Assembly (NCBI GenBank): GCA_001784435.1
Contig: MFQZ01000001.1
Span: forward strand, 82,340-146,339
Direction: 5' to 3'
Source of the DNA: Candidatus Magasanikbacteria bacterium RIFOXYC2_FULL_42_28
Lineage (GTDB): Bacteria; Patescibacteriota; Patescibacteriia; Magasanikbacterales; GWA2-37-8
Length of the DNA stretch: 64,000 bases
In this document: piece by piece, positions 1 to 10,242 of the stretch
Layout: the number at the start of each line of letters is the position of its first letter
How positions within the stretch are numbered: the first letter of the stretch is position 1
Made by a program: the position numbers and the translations under genes
Notes under the pieces: model-generated
Database searches by the model: none
What the model saw: the letters and a program-made list of their open reading frames with translations, nothing else
Told to the model about the DNA's origin: nothing

Positions 1-16
1 TTTAATTTGTTATTTA

Positions 17-532
17 TTAAAAAGTTTTCTCTGGCGTCCAAGACCCAGATGAATAATCATCGACAGCAACAATAGGATTTTTTACATTTATATTAATATC
101 TCTATACTGCCTTACACCACTACCAGCGTCCTCATAAACCCTTACCAAATCATCGTCCACCCACATATATTCACTCATTTTATAATCACCAATAAAAATA
201 GTTTTTATTGTAAAAAATCTGACATCAATAATTTTTAAAGCCCATTCTTTATCAGCCCATTTCACTCTCACGTAATCAAAATATGAAAAATGTTTTCCAT
301 CTGGCGACCATTGTGTATTGGGTGCTTTAAAAAAATTTGTATCGGAAATTATTTTTTTTATGGGAAGATGCTTTGTTTCAACTAATATAGTACTTTGATC
401 TTCCCCCCTATAAATATCTACCAACAAAGATGGGTTAATATAATAGATGAAGAAAATAAATACACAAATAATCACCAATAAAGTAGATATGATTTTAAAA
501 ATTTTATAAGTCATATCTAATTGGGGCTCCAA
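17..532 (-). CDS. hypothetical membrane-anchored protein (single N-terminal TM helix)
   Basis: 171-aa ORF. Hydrophobic stretch ISTLLVIICVFIFFIYYI near the N-terminus. No recognisable catalytic motif. Confidence 0.35.
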   Translation of the reverse strand: MEPQLDMTYKIFKIISTLLVIICVFIFFIYYINPSLLVDIYRGEDQSTILVETKHLPIKKIISDTNFFKAPNTQWSPDGKHFSYFDYVRVKWADKEWALKIIDVRFFTIKTIFIGDYKMSEYMWVDDDLVRVYEDAGSGVRQYRDININVKNPIVAVDDYSSGSWTPEKTF

Positions 533-1686
533 TAAAAATATGTGTCATCAACCTTCCTCAAAAATTTTCCCTTCGGTACAATATTTTTTTCATACCAATC
601 TCTTCCTTCTGAATTTCTAAAACCATTAAAGTGCGTAGCCTCAGTTGGATTAATATTATTACCAGATATAATGACCTTGGCAATCTCACAACATTCATAC
701 CAACTTATTTTATCCGACTCTCCAACATTTTTGTAACCAAGTGGATTGATAATTTTTAAAAAATTATCATCATCGCGCTTAAAAGGATCATATTGTCCTT
801 CCTGTAAAATTACACCATGAATAGTATCCGGCCACCACGATTTTGCTTTTTTTCGATTTACAACTGACCAACCCACCCATTCCTTGGCTTCTCGCGACTG
901 GTTATTTGCTTCGCCGAAAATTAATCTGGCTAAAATAATTTCTTCCGGATCATCAAGAAAATTCCCAGTCCATTCGGGATTTTTCGTAGTCGGGACTCTT
1001 TTTGTTGCAACCTTAGAATTAATTAAAATATCGAAACTCCTTAAAACCGGTGTCCGATCTGCCCATAACTCTACATAATGGATACCGACTGGCAAATTTT
1101 GATTAAATCTATTGATTTCAATTCTACCGTTCATTTGCCTCCCTTGCCAAAACCAATTTTTACCTCGCCAAATTGCTTTTTTGTTCTTTTGAATTTGACC
1201 GTCAATTATTATTTTAACATCATCGCTATCTATTATTTTTTTCTTACAACTTACTGAAACATCAATAATATTCAATGGCAAATTTATTAGCGCAACCGCA
1301 AGCCAGGGCTGACAATTTTTTTCTTCGCTTTGAATGTCTTGAAAAAGTGTTACTAAACCACCTTTGTCCAGCAATATAATTTTTGGTTCTGGTATGATTT
1401 CAGCTTCACCCTTTGAAATAAATTTCAATTCATGATTGCCTTTGGCCAACTCAATAACAAAAACTATTGTCTCCGCGCCACCTTTCAGCGCGTTACCGTT
1501 CCAGGCGGGCGGAATATTGAAGTATTGATTTTTTGTTTTTGGCAAGATACCTTTTAAAGCCAATCCATCTATTTCTACTCGCAAGCTGTTTTTTTTATTA
1601 CAAATGGCGGACACATAAATTGCGTGTATACCAGCTAAGTTAGTTTCAAATCTATAAACAAAATCTTCGGTTATTTTTTTGAACAT
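517..1686 (-). CDS. protein with C-terminal SleB/CwlJ-like cell wall hydrolase domain (Hydrolase_2)
   Basis: The C-terminal 150 aa contain LARLIFGEANNQSREAKEWVGWSVVNR and ATHFN, resembling the conserved SleB-family segment ARVIYGEARGE...VAxVVLNR. The N-terminal ~230 aa are of unknown function. No obvious signal peptide. Confidence 0.45.
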   Translation of the reverse strand: MFKKITEDFVYRFETNLAGIHAIYVSAICNKKNSLRVEIDGLALKGILPKTKNQYFNIPPAWNGNALKGGAETIVFVIELAKGNHELKFISKGEAEIIPEPKIILLDKGGLVTLFQDIQSEEKNCQPWLAVALINLPLNIIDVSVSCKKKIIDSDDVKIIIDGQIQKNKKAIWRGKNWFWQGRQMNGRIEINRFNQNLPVGIHYVELWADRTPVLRSFDILINSKVATKRVPTTKNPEWTGNFLDDPEEIILARLIFGEANNQSREAKEWVGWSVVNRKKAKSWWPDTIHGVILQEGQYDPFKRDDDNFLKIINPLGYKNVGESDKISWYECCEIAKVIISGNNINPTEATHFNGFRNSEGRDWYEKNIVPKGKFLRKVDDTYFYWSPN

Positions 1687-1690
1687 ACGA

Positions 1691-2518
1691 CTACAAATAT
1701 TTTGAAATCAGCTCTTTGTAATTTTTACAAAAATTTTCTACAAATACTTGTTCGGGGAAAAATTTTTTTAAATCAAAAGATAATTTTTGCTCGGTCACTT
1801 TTTCATTGATTACCGCCCAAATTTTTTCTTTCAATTCCATGCGGGAATTAATTCCGATTTTTAATTTCAAGTATTCATAATTGGGCTCAATCCCCGACTG
1901 CAAATACCAATATAAATCATAAAAATCTCTTCCCTTGATATCAATCTCATTTTTATCACCTTTAAACCACACCCGCTCTAAAATAGCGCCGATTTTCCCG
2001 ATCATCAAAAATTCTTTTTTGTAATTTCGAGCGGTAAAATTATAACCAAATTTAGAAATCGAATTTACTTCAACTGACAATTCAGGAAAAGTCATTTGAT
2101 TTGGCTCAACTTTAACAAATAAATAATCACTCTGCATTTTTCCAGCCAAACCCAACTCTTTTAAAATTGGAAATTTTAAATATATTCGAAAATCCGACTG
2201 TGTTTTAGTTGTGATTGGCAATAAGTATTTATCGCGCAATACCAACGAAATATCCTCCGCAAATTTGTCGACATTAAACTTTTTCCATGTTTCCGCCGGT
2301 AAATCAAAATCTAAGTCCTCTGATAAACGCGAACCACCAAAACAAATTCTAAGACATGAACCACCAGTAAAAACAAAAGTATTATAATCTTTACTATTAT
2401 AAATATATTCCAACACCAAATATTGCAAATATTCTTTTAGATAGTTCATTATTACGGCTTTTTCAACATTCAGCCGAGTTTTTTCCGTAACAATATCTCT
2501 CAATACATCTAAAATCAT
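1691..2518 (-). CDS. abiEii: AbiEii-family nucleotidyltransferase toxin (type IV TA / abortive infection, DUF1814)
   Basis: Motif FVFTGGSCLRICFGGSRLSEDLDFDL matches the AbiEii signature FKGGTAL...R.SEDLDF. Size 275 aa. Lies immediately downstream of an AbiEi-like gene with a 4-bp gap. Confidence 0.7.
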   Translation of the reverse strand: MILDVLRDIVTEKTRLNVEKAVIMNYLKEYLQYLVLEYIYNSKDYNTFVFTGGSCLRICFGGSRLSEDLDFDLPAETWKKFNVDKFAEDISLVLRDKYLLPITTKTQSDFRIYLKFPILKELGLAGKMQSDYLFVKVEPNQMTFPELSVEVNSISKFGYNFTARNYKKEFLMIGKIGAILERVWFKGDKNEIDIKGRDFYDLYWYLQSGIEPNYEYLKLKIGINSRMELKEKIWAVINEKVTEQKLSFDLKKFFPEQVFVENFCKNYKELISKYL

Positions 2519-2522
2519 ATAA

Positions 2523-3176
2523 TTATTTTGAAAAATACATTTTATCGATTAACATAATTGCCACCACAACTTTTTTACTATTTGTAAATTGACAAAATGT
2601 TTTTACTCTCTCCCACTCCTGAATGCTAACCTCATCCCAATTAATTCTTAAATCATCGATAACTTTTTCATTAATTGGTTGATTTCGAATAAATCTCAAA
2701 TACAAAAAATCAAAAATTGCCTTTTCTTTTTCCGCCTCCCAAATCGGCGCACCTAAAAAATATTTAACTTTATAACCGGTAAACAATTTTGGAGTAAGCG
2801 AATAATAACGAAAAGTGTTTAACTGATTTCGAATCGCTCTAGTTTTTTTAGTTGTCATAGCGGTAATACAATACACCGCCTCTGTCAATAAACTGTATTT
2901 TGCCATTACATATTCCACTGATAGATACGACGGCTGAACCAACTGGCAAGAAATATATTCCTGATACTCGCCTTTTTCTAATTCTTTTTCATATCTTTTC
3001 TTTAATATATATAAACCACCTTTCAAACTTATCAAATCGCCATTTTTTTGCCAATACCGAAGATTGCCATTCAAATTATTGATTGATGGCTCAAATTTTG
3101 ACAACGTCTTTTTGCTTAGCAAAAGCAAACTTTGGGTTTTTTCTTCCAGTTTTTCAATTTTCATACTTGTTTCCAA
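2523..3176 (-). CDS. abiEi: AbiEi-family antitoxin / transcriptional regulator
   Basis: 217 aa. Segment GDLISLKGGLYILKK resembles the AbiEi N-terminal wHTH motif (L.R.RRG.Y.L). Operonic with abiEii. Confidence 0.5.
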   Translation of the reverse strand: METSMKIEKLEEKTQSLLLLSKKTLSKFEPSINNLNGNLRYWQKNGDLISLKGGLYILKKRYEKELEKGEYQEYISCQLVQPSYLSVEYVMAKYSLLTEAVYCITAMTTKKTRAIRNQLNTFRYYSLTPKLFTGYKVKYFLGAPIWEAEKEKAIFDFLYLRFIRNQPINEKVIDDLRINWDEVSIQEWERVKTFCQFTNSKKVVVAIMLIDKMYFSK

Positions 3177-3188
3177 ATTAACATAATT

Positions 3189-3217
3189 ATTATACTAATC
3201 AAGAAACAGTTTGTCAA
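3189..3217 (-). promoter_or_regulatory. sigma70-like promoter upstream of abiEi: TTGACA (rc of 3212-3217), 17-bp spacer, TATAAT (rc of 3189-3194)
   Basis: Read directly from the sequence. A perfect consensus -35 and -10 with 17-bp spacing sit ~12 bp upstream of the abiEi ATG, giving a very short leader. A DnaA-box-like TGTGGATAA abuts the -35. Confidence 0.55.
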
Positions 3218-3222
3218 GCCAC

Positions 3223-3231
3223 TTATCCACA
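3223..3231. promoter_or_regulatory. DnaA-box-like 9-mer TTATCCACA adjacent to the abiE promoter -35; near-copy AGTGGATAA in inverse orientation at 3331-3339
   Basis: Exact match to the DnaA-box consensus. Confidence 0.3.
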
Positions 3232-3349
3232 GCAATACTACACCGTCCACTGCTCAATATATTGCTTAAATTTTATAATTCGCGTCGCGTCGCGCGCGTC
3301 AAATAAAAATGGCGCCACGTCTTTGCTCATAGTGGATAACTATCATATC

Positions 3350-4735
3350 CTACACCCCTTTTAAAAACACCCCACCCACCGCGATTATATCAAATCCGGC
3401 TTTTTGTAAATCAGGATAACGATGTTGCCACAGGCGACGGCCGTCCATAATTAACGGCCGACCTTTGAATCCACTTAATAAAACATCGGCGAGGCCACGA
3501 AATTGTGGCCAGTCAGTGACGATAATTACCACGTCGGCCCCAGCCAACGCTTCTATTTCATTGGCCACGTAAATCAATTGTTTAGATGGAGGAAAAATAG
3601 TTTTAAACCACCGTAAAGCGGCCGGATCAAAAATATTTATTTTTTTCACTGACTGTTCCATTAAATAATTGACAATATCTATACTGGGAGAATTGCGAAT
3701 ATCGTTAGTGTCTTGTTTAAATGCCGTTCCAAACAACGCCACAGTTTTACCGCTCCAATCAAAATTTGCCTCGCGCTGCGCCCGACCGACAAAAATATTC
3801 AGTTGGCGTTTATTGGCTAAATATGTTTCGTTCACAATAGTAGCATTTTGCCCGGCCGATTGCAATTGGTGAGACAAGGAACGAGCGTCTTTAATAAAAC
3901 AACTGCCACCGGCATACAAACTATCATAAAACCCCCAATCGCCTATTCTTTTGTCTGACGTTAGTATTGACCGGATATTCTCAAATTTAATATCAGAAAA
4001 TGTCTCACAGGCGCGGCCAATCACATCAAAACAAACGGCTAATTTATTAAAAAGATAAAAATTAGCGAGCAGTTTACTGGCCGCCGCCTCTTTGGGATTC
4101 ACTTCTATGTATTTAATCGCGGTGGAATCATAAAATCGGCGATAGATTTGGCGCATGATTCCAAAATCTTTTTGACTGGACGCGCCTACGACTACACGAT
4201 CGGGTTTAAGCGAACCCGACACAGCCTTGCCTTCCACTAAAAATTCCGGGTTAGATACGACACCAAAATTTTTCACTCCCTGTTTTTTCATAATTTCCGC
4301 GGTCTGGTCTACCATATTAATTGGCACCGTACTTTTGTTTACAATCACGACATACTTGCTTTGTTTGTTAGTATTACGGCTAGCTAAAATCTGAGCCAAT
4401 TTAATAGTGGCAGAATTATAATACTTCAGATCACTTTCCCCGGTTTCGCCTATTTCCGGTGTTGGCAAACACATAAATATCGCGTCTACGTCTTCAATAA
4501 ACTCCTCTACTTTATCATAATCGCTGGTAAAAGTAAGATGCTCTCGATTGCGCACAATCAAATCACCCAGCCCCTCTTCAAACAGACACGACTCAATCGT
4601 ATCGCGATCATTCGCGCCTAACATGGCAATCTTATTTTCATCGATATCATAAGCCAATGTCTCGTGGCCACTATTTGCTGAAACCGCCGCCGAGCACGCG
4701 CCCACGAAGCCGGAACCAATATATAAAATTTTCAT
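3350..4735 (-). CDS. ugd: UDP-glucose 6-dehydrogenase (nucleotide-sugar dehydrogenase family)
   Basis: N-terminal Rossmann motif MKILYIGSGFVGA and catalytic-Cys motif GGSCFIKDA. 461 aa. Adjacent to a UDP-glucuronate decarboxylase gene. Confidence 0.75.
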   Translation of the reverse strand: MKILYIGSGFVGACSAAVSANSGHETLAYDIDENKIAMLGANDRDTIESCLFEEGLGDLIVRNREHLTFTSDYDKVEEFIEDVDAIFMCLPTPEIGETGESDLKYYNSATIKLAQILASRNTNKQSKYVVIVNKSTVPINMVDQTAEIMKKQGVKNFGVVSNPEFLVEGKAVSGSLKPDRVVVGASSQKDFGIMRQIYRRFYDSTAIKYIEVNPKEAAASKLLANFYLFNKLAVCFDVIGRACETFSDIKFENIRSILTSDKRIGDWGFYDSLYAGGSCFIKDARSLSHQLQSAGQNATIVNETYLANKRQLNIFVGRAQREANFDWSGKTVALFGTAFKQDTNDIRNSPSIDIVNYLMEQSVKKINIFDPAALRWFKTIFPPSKQLIYVANEIEALAGADVVIIVTDWPQFRGLADVLLSGFKGRPLIMDGRRLWQHRYPDLQKAGFDIIAVGGVFLKGV

Positions 4736-4736
4736 A

Positions 4737-5675
4737 TTAAATTTTTGTTTTAAAATATTCTATTGTTTTCACCAAACCATCTAAAAACGGAACGGCCGGC
4801 TGCCAACCCAGCGCCTCCTTCGCTTTGCTGATATCAGGGCAACGATTGGTCGGGTCATCTATCGGTAAATTTCGGTAAACAATCTTACTCTTTGATCCGG
4901 TTATTTTTTGTATTAGCTCTGCCACTTGTTTGATGGTAAATTCGGCGGAATTGCCCAAATTAACCGGACCGGTCAATTCGTCGTTTGAGTTCATCATTTT
5001 AACCAAACCACTCACTAAGTCATCGATAAAACAAAAGCTTCTGGTCTGCAAACCATCTCCATAAATGGTAATGTCATTGTCCCGTAAGGCCTGCACGATA
5101 AAATTAGATACTACTCGCCCATCGTTCTCGGACATACGTGAACCATAGGTATTAAAAATCCTAACGACTTTAATTTTTAAACCATACGAACGATGATAAT
5201 CAAAAAATAAGGTCTCGGCGCAACGCTTGCCCTCGTCGTAACAAGCGCGTGGGCCAATGGGATTTACATTCCCACGGTATGTTTCCGGTTGGGGGGAAAC
5301 TAATGGTTCTCCATAAACTTCGGAGGTGGAGGCCTGTAAAATTTTTGCGCCCCTTGCTTTTGCCAGATCAAGCAAGTTGGCCACACCAACGGTGTTGGTT
5401 TTAATGGTGTGAATGGCATCTTTCTGATACTGAATAGGCGAAGCCGGACAAGCTAAATTATAGATCTCAGCTACCGCTTCATCTGGATAAAACGGCTCGG
5501 TAATGTCATGCTTGATGAACTTAAACAACGCATTGGCATAAAAATCTTTTATATTATCCTCTGAACCGGTCAATAGGTTATCAACACAAATAACCCGATG
5601 GCCGGTCTTAAGCAAAAATTCGCATAAGTGGGAGCCGATGAAACCAGCACCACCGGTAACTATGATATTTTTCAT
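4737..5675 (-). CDS. uxs: UDP-glucuronate decarboxylase (UDP-xylose synthase)
   Basis: GGAGFIGSH motif. Long UXS-specific block [10 protein letters not shown]...[32 protein letters not shown]...[14 protein letters not shown] matches the UXS1/ArnA-decarboxylase family. Confidence 0.8.
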   Translation of the reverse strand: MKNIIVTGGAGFIGSHLCEFLLKTGHRVICVDNLLTGSEDNIKDFYANALFKFIKHDITEPFYPDEAVAEIYNLACPASPIQYQKDAIHTIKTNTVGVANLLDLAKARGAKILQASTSEVYGEPLVSPQPETYRGNVNPIGPRACYDEGKRCAETLFFDYHRSYGLKIKVVRIFNTYGSRMSENDGRVVSNFIVQALRDNDITIYGDGLQTRSFCFIDDLVSGLVKMMNSNDELTGPVNLGNSAEFTIKQVAELIQKITGSKSKIVYRNLPIDDPTNRCPDISKAKEALGWQPAVPFLDGLVKTIEYFKTKI

Positions 5676-6427
5676 AAAAACAAATATTGGCCAATCTTAA
5701 AAAAAATCCTCCTTAGTATAAAAAATAAGGGCACGCGTTGACCATTCATCTTCCAGGACCGCCGCAATTCTTGCCAGCCCTCAATCCGCCTTCCTAAATT
5801 CCGGGAGCTATGCCCGCCCTCTTTCATGTTAATCAACGACTGATTGACATAACTCATTTTAATACCTTTTAACAAAAAACGCAACATCAATTCATAATCA
5901 GCGGCTACTTTGAAATTCAGATTGAACACTCCATACCGTTCATAAATTTCCTGCCTCACAAAAAATGCCGGGTGTGGCATTATCCAGCCGTCACGTAATC
6001 TATCTTGCTGGTAACCGCCCGCCTGCCAAAAGCGCACCCTCCGGCTTGGCACCTCTCTATCAACATAGGTAATGTCGCCATAACAGGCGTCAATATCCTC
6101 ACTGTCAAAACGATTTGCCACAATAGAGACAACGTGATTATCAGAAAAACAGTCGTCGGAATTTAATATCCCAATGACCGCGCCGGTAGCCAATTTTATG
6201 CCCTTATTCATAGCATCATAAATACCCTGGTCAGGTTCAGAAATAACACAACTAACTTTCCCTTCATATTTTTTAATAATATCTAAAGTCCCATCGGTTG
6301 ATCCGCCATCTATAATTATATATTCCAAAGAATTATAATCCTGACACAAAACACTATCAATAGTATTTTCGATTGTTGCTTTACTATTGAAACAAACTGT
6401 TATAATACTTATTTTTGCCATAATCAT
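5672..6427 (-). CDS. glycosyltransferase family 2
   Basis: [26 protein letters not shown]...[11 protein letters not shown] is a GT2 N-terminal signature. Confidence 0.7.
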   Translation of the reverse strand: MIMAKISIITVCFNSKATIENTIDSVLCQDYNSLEYIIIDGGSTDGTLDIIKKYEGKVSCVISEPDQGIYDAMNKGIKLATGAVIGILNSDDCFSDNHVVSIVANRFDSEDIDACYGDITYVDREVPSRRVRFWQAGGYQQDRLRDGWIMPHPAFFVRQEIYERYGVFNLNFKVAADYELMLRFLLKGIKMSYVNQSLINMKEGGHSSRNLGRRIEGWQELRRSWKMNGQRVPLFFILRRIFFKIGQYLFL

Positions 6428-7518
6428 AGTATATTACCGGATAAAAAATTGTAGAAATCAAAAGTTTCCTTGCCAGTTTTATTCCAATTAAACCTACTGG
6501 CATTATCCGTGCCACGCTTAATAATCCCCATCCTAAAATCAGTGCTCTCCAGTTTGATAATATTAGCACAGAATTCCTCAACATCATTAAATCCGTTAAC
6601 AATATTACCAACCTCTCCATACACCTCTGGTATTGAAGAAACATTCTGACATATTACCGGGCAACCAGCCTGCATAGCCTCCAAAATTGGAATACCAAAA
6701 CCCTCGTACTCCGAAGGATAAAGATAGCAGAACGAAAGATTATAAACAATATTTAACTCTTCAGAATTGACGTCCGGCATATGAGTGTACCTGCGTTCAA
6801 ACGAAGCCAAGGTCGCTTTTTCTTTATTAGTAATATCTCCCCCGCCAACGATAAGTAAATGATAATCAGCCGGCAACTTTTTTATCACCTCGGTCGCCAT
6901 TTTAAAATTTTTGTATTCTGTTCTTTTACCGACAAAGGAAACAACTTTCTTCCCATTTAAATCTTTAAATCTGGTGGTGGCAATATCTAAATTTTCAATT
7001 TTTTTGAAAGATTTATCAGCGGACAAATAAATAACTTTTATGTTCTTCTCGTCTAAATCCGGATAAAAATGCAGGAGGTCTTTTTTGGTATTTTCAGAAA
7101 TACAAATTATGCCGGCAGCTTTGCGGATAGCCAAACTTTTCTGCCAATGGTGGACCCGTTTAGCGAGCCCGCGCATATAATACTCATAGGTAAAATCATA
7201 TACGGTTATAACATTCTTCACTTTTTTATTGGTAGAATATCTAAAATAGCTTGAATGAAAAATAGAATTATCTAAAACATTTATCTTGTTAATCGGAAAA
7301 TATCTAACTAAACTGAGCGGTAACTTCCTGTCGTCAATTATCAATCCCCGCTGAATAAGCGATCTCTCTTTAAATTTAGCCCCCAAATGTAACGGCTCAA
7401 TAAATTTTATATTAACATCCGATCTGCTAATAAAATTAACGGCTATCTGATCCCAATACGCGGAAATCCCGCCAAAATTTTGGAGATAAAAAATGATATT
7501 GTCCAAATATAAATTCAT
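6424..7518 (-). CDS. glycosyltransferase family 4 (GT-B, group 1)
   Basis: C-terminal EX7E-type motif: SEYEGFGIPILEAMQAGCPVI. Confidence 0.7.
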   Translation of the reverse strand: MNLYLDNIIFYLQNFGGISAYWDQIAVNFISRSDVNIKFIEPLHLGAKFKERSLIQRGLIIDDRKLPLSLVRYFPINKINVLDNSIFHSSYFRYSTNKKVKNVITVYDFTYEYYMRGLAKRVHHWQKSLAIRKAAGIICISENTKKDLLHFYPDLDEKNIKVIYLSADKSFKKIENLDIATTRFKDLNGKKVVSFVGKRTEYKNFKMATEVIKKLPADYHLLIVGGGDITNKEKATLASFERRYTHMPDVNSEELNIVYNLSFCYLYPSEYEGFGIPILEAMQAGCPVICQNVSSIPEVYGEVGNIVNGFNDVEEFCANIIKLESTDFRMGIIKRGTDNASRFNWNKTGKETFDFYNFLSGNIL

Positions 7519-8486
7519 AATTTTTCACTTAACTTATTTTGCCAATAGGAAACTACATCACGCAAGCTTTGCTGGATAGTAAACTTCGGACTCCAGCCAA
7601 TTTCTTTACGCAGTTTTGCATTTGAACCGATGATAACTTTATTGTCTGCCGGCCTAATTAATTCATTTTTGATTTTTATTTCCACCTTAATATCAAAAAT
7701 TTCGCACATAATTTTTATTATATCTTTTATGGCGATACCTTGCCCACTACAAACATTATATATATCTCCAACTTTGCCACGCGTTAGTAATTTATAATAA
7801 GCGTCCACCACGTCCCTAACATCGATAAAGTCGCGCACGATAGAGATATCACCTACTTCAATTATTTTTGCTTGTTGATTTAATTTAATTTGACAGAGTT
7901 GTTTGGCAAAAGAAGAAATAACAAAAATTTCTTTTTGACCCGGACCCAAATGATTGAAAGATCTGGTCATTATAATGTTGAGTTTAAAACCATCGGCGTA
8001 AACTTTGGAAATGAATTCTTGCGATACCCGCGCTACCGCGTAAGGATTTGATGGATTAAGTGGCTGATCTTCGGTCATTGGATCCTTTAACAATGGAATA
8101 TTGCCGTATTCTTCGGAAGAACCAACTGATAAAATTCTTGCGGTCGAACAACTACTCCTCACTGCCTCCACCAAATTCAAAAAAATGTTGGTGTTATTTT
8201 GAAAACTTAATACTGGATTTTCCCAGCTAAAAGCCACGCTACTACATGAAGCTAAATGTAATATATAATCTGGTTTGAATTCAGCAATCACCTTTTCTAC
8301 ACCCTCCCGATTAAGAAGGTCAATTTTTTTTGATAATATACTTACCGTTTTATATTTATTCTGTTCTATTTTTGTATCATTTGAATCTAGCCCTAATACC
8401 ACCGAGCTTATCTTGGCGTCTTCAAGATAATCGACAAAATGTCGGCTAACAAAGCCAGAAAATCCGGTAATTAAAAATTTATTCAT
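7515..8486 (-). CDS. NAD-dependent sugar epimerase/dehydratase (extended SDR)
   Basis: N-terminal ITGFSGFVSRHFVDYL Rossmann motif. 323 aa. Sits in a nucleotide-sugar context. Confidence 0.55.
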   Translation of the reverse strand: MNKFLITGFSGFVSRHFVDYLEDAKISSVVLGLDSNDTKIEQNKYKTVSILSKKIDLLNREGVEKVIAEFKPDYILHLASCSSVAFSWENPVLSFQNNTNIFLNLVEAVRSSCSTARILSVGSSEEYGNIPLLKDPMTEDQPLNPSNPYAVARVSQEFISKVYADGFKLNIIMTRSFNHLGPGQKEIFVISSFAKQLCQIKLNQQAKIIEVGDISIVRDFIDVRDVVDAYYKLLTRGKVGDIYNVCSGQGIAIKDIIKIMCEIFDIKVEIKIKNELIRPADNKVIIGSNAKLRKEIGWSPKFTIQQSLRDVVSYWQNKLSEKL

Positions 8487-8504
8487 AATATTAAATAAAG
8501 GATG

Positions 8505-9464
8505 CTAATCGCGCATTTTTACAGCCAATAACTTGCTTATTTTAAACAAACCTAATTTCTTAAGCAATTTTTTAAGATAAAAAGACACCGCGGTAAGATG
8601 ATAATGATTCCGATTGGTAAAACTGTCGGCAACCACATCTCTTATAACTGCCTTAGGATGAATAAGCGAAAAATCCATGTTGGAAAGAGATACATTGGCC
8701 ACATTTTTTAGATGATAAATACTGTGCGTAGCGCCAGTAGTAAAGCCAACATTAGTAACTAAATTTTTATTAGGCAAACATGTTAAACCATTATTCTTCC
8801 AGCAAGCAAAAGCCCAGGCATAATCCCAAGTGTCAATTTTATTATCATACATATCCTGCATAACGCTTGACCAATACGTTTGTTCCACTCTTGAGTTAAA
8901 TAACCGATTTATCAAATCATCACGTTTAAATTTAGGCCATTCGGTCATTTTTAAATCAAATAATTTCCAAGCACGGCGCCAAGTAGCCCATCCCCAAATA
9001 TGGTTAAAAGTGGAGAAATAATAACTGCTCTCTCCGCGTTTATTGCCCATTTGAAAATTTGCCCCACCAACCTGCATTATTCGCGAATCGTTCCGATAAT
9101 AATTTAATAGCTCCTCGCAAAATCTAAAAAAACTCTGATCCGGCAGGCAATCGTCTTCTAAAATTACCCCCTCTTCTACCTGGCTAAAAAACCAACCAAT
9201 CGCCCCGCTTACCGCTTTTTTACAACCCAAATTATTTTCTTGATAAAGCGTTTTTAATTCGCAAGACCAATCTACTTCTTTTTTTATAATGGCTTTAACC
9301 TCGGCTATTTTGGCCTCATCATCTTTATTCGCCCGCCGCGGACCATCGGCCGCCACAAATAAGTAGCGCGGCTGTTGCTTTTTTATCTCTGCCAAAACCC
9401 GGGCCGTAGTGTTAGGGCGGTTAAAAACTATAAATAATACCGGCGTATTAAATTGATCTGCCAT
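8505..9464 (-). CDS. GnT-I-like (GT13-like / HlpA-like) glycosyltransferase
   Basis: N-terminus PVLFIVFNRPNTTARVLAEIKK resembles the GnT-I motif PILVIACDRSTVRRCLDKLL. Paralog of ORF 19936-20844. Confidence 0.4.
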   Translation of the reverse strand: MADQFNTPVLFIVFNRPNTTARVLAEIKKQQPRYLFVAADGPRRANKDDEAKIAEVKAIIKKEVDWSCELKTLYQENNLGCKKAVSGAIGWFFSQVEEGVILEDDCLPDQSFFRFCEELLNYYRNDSRIMQVGGANFQMGNKRGESSYYFSTFNHIWGWATWRRAWKLFDLKMTEWPKFKRDDLINRLFNSRVEQTYWSSVMQDMYDNKIDTWDYAWAFACWKNNGLTCLPNKNLVTNVGFTTGATHSIYHLKNVANVSLSNMDFSLIHPKAVIRDVVADSFTNRNHYHLTAVSFYLKKLLKKLGLFKISKLLAVKMRD

Positions 9465-9465
9465 A

Positions 9466-10242
9466 TTAACGGTAATTTTTATTCTTAACCGCGACTAAAA
9501 AATTAATGACTGACGCTAAAATAAGCTCAAAACCATTTAAATATCGACGTTGAACGACCTGCCAATTATTTTCTGTTTCCTTTTTAAATTTTACACCAGA
9601 ACTTTTTGCTTCGGCATGAACTTGAAAATTGCTGATTACTCGGTTAAAAAATGTCCACTTGGTGTGTTTGGAAATTCTTAACCATAAATCCGGATCCATG
9701 CCGGAAGATAAGCTTTCGTCAAAAAAACCATAATTTTTAAACACGGCTTTTTTGATAAACACTGCTTGGTGGGGAATGTAATTATAAAACCTTAACAGCC
9801 AAGCACTAAACCATCCATTTTTATTTTGAAAAATTTTTTTGGCGGGAAAAACTCCTACTTCTAATCCTTTGTCGTCTACCACATTAATTTTCCCATAAAT
9901 CCAATCATAATTATTCCCTAATAAAAAATCATCAACGTCACTCAATACATCGGCCGAAAAAAAATTGTCATCGGCGTGCAAATGAATAAGATAATCACCA
10001 CTCGCCTGGCTTGTCCCTTTATTCATCGCGTTGGATATGCCTTTAGGCGGAATCTGAAAAAATTTAACTCGATTGGGAAATAATTTTTTATATTCATTTA
10101 TAAGCTTAATGGTACCGTCGCTCGAATAAGCGTCTATAAAAATATGTTCAAAATCCCCAAATGACTGCCCTAAAACAGAGTTAATATTTTTTTTTAAAAA
10201 TGCCGCGCTGTTATAGGTGCAGGTGATAATAGAAAACCTCAT
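9466..10242 (-). CDS. glycosyltransferase family 2
   Basis: FSIITCTYNSAAFLKKNINSVLGQSF...FIDAYSSDGT. Confidence 0.7.
   Translation of the reverse strand: MRFSIITCTYNSAAFLKKNINSVLGQSFGDFEHIFIDAYSSDGTIKLINEYKKLFPNRVKFFQIPPKGISNAMNKGTSQASGDYLIHLHADDNFFSADVLSDVDDFLLGNNYDWIYGKINVVDDKGLEVGVFPAKKIFQNKNGWFSAWLLRFYNYIPHQAVFIKKAVFKNYGFFDESLSSGMDPDLWLRISKHTKWTFFNRVISNFQVHAEAKSSGVKFKKETENNWQVVQRRYLNGFELILASVINFLVAVKNKNYR

Noticed and set aside
3260-3320. GC-rich CGCGTCGCGTCGCGCGCGTC island in the abiE upstream region (possible small RNA or Z-DNA-forming tract)
   Set aside because: No convincing stem-loop or conserved motif could be derived by eye. Left as an unexplained compositional oddity.
6384-6644. 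86-aa ORF overlapping both the GT2 (5672-6427) and GT4 (6424-7518) genes on the same strand
   Set aside because: Wholly nested in two well-supported genes in another frame. No motif. Almost certainly spurious.
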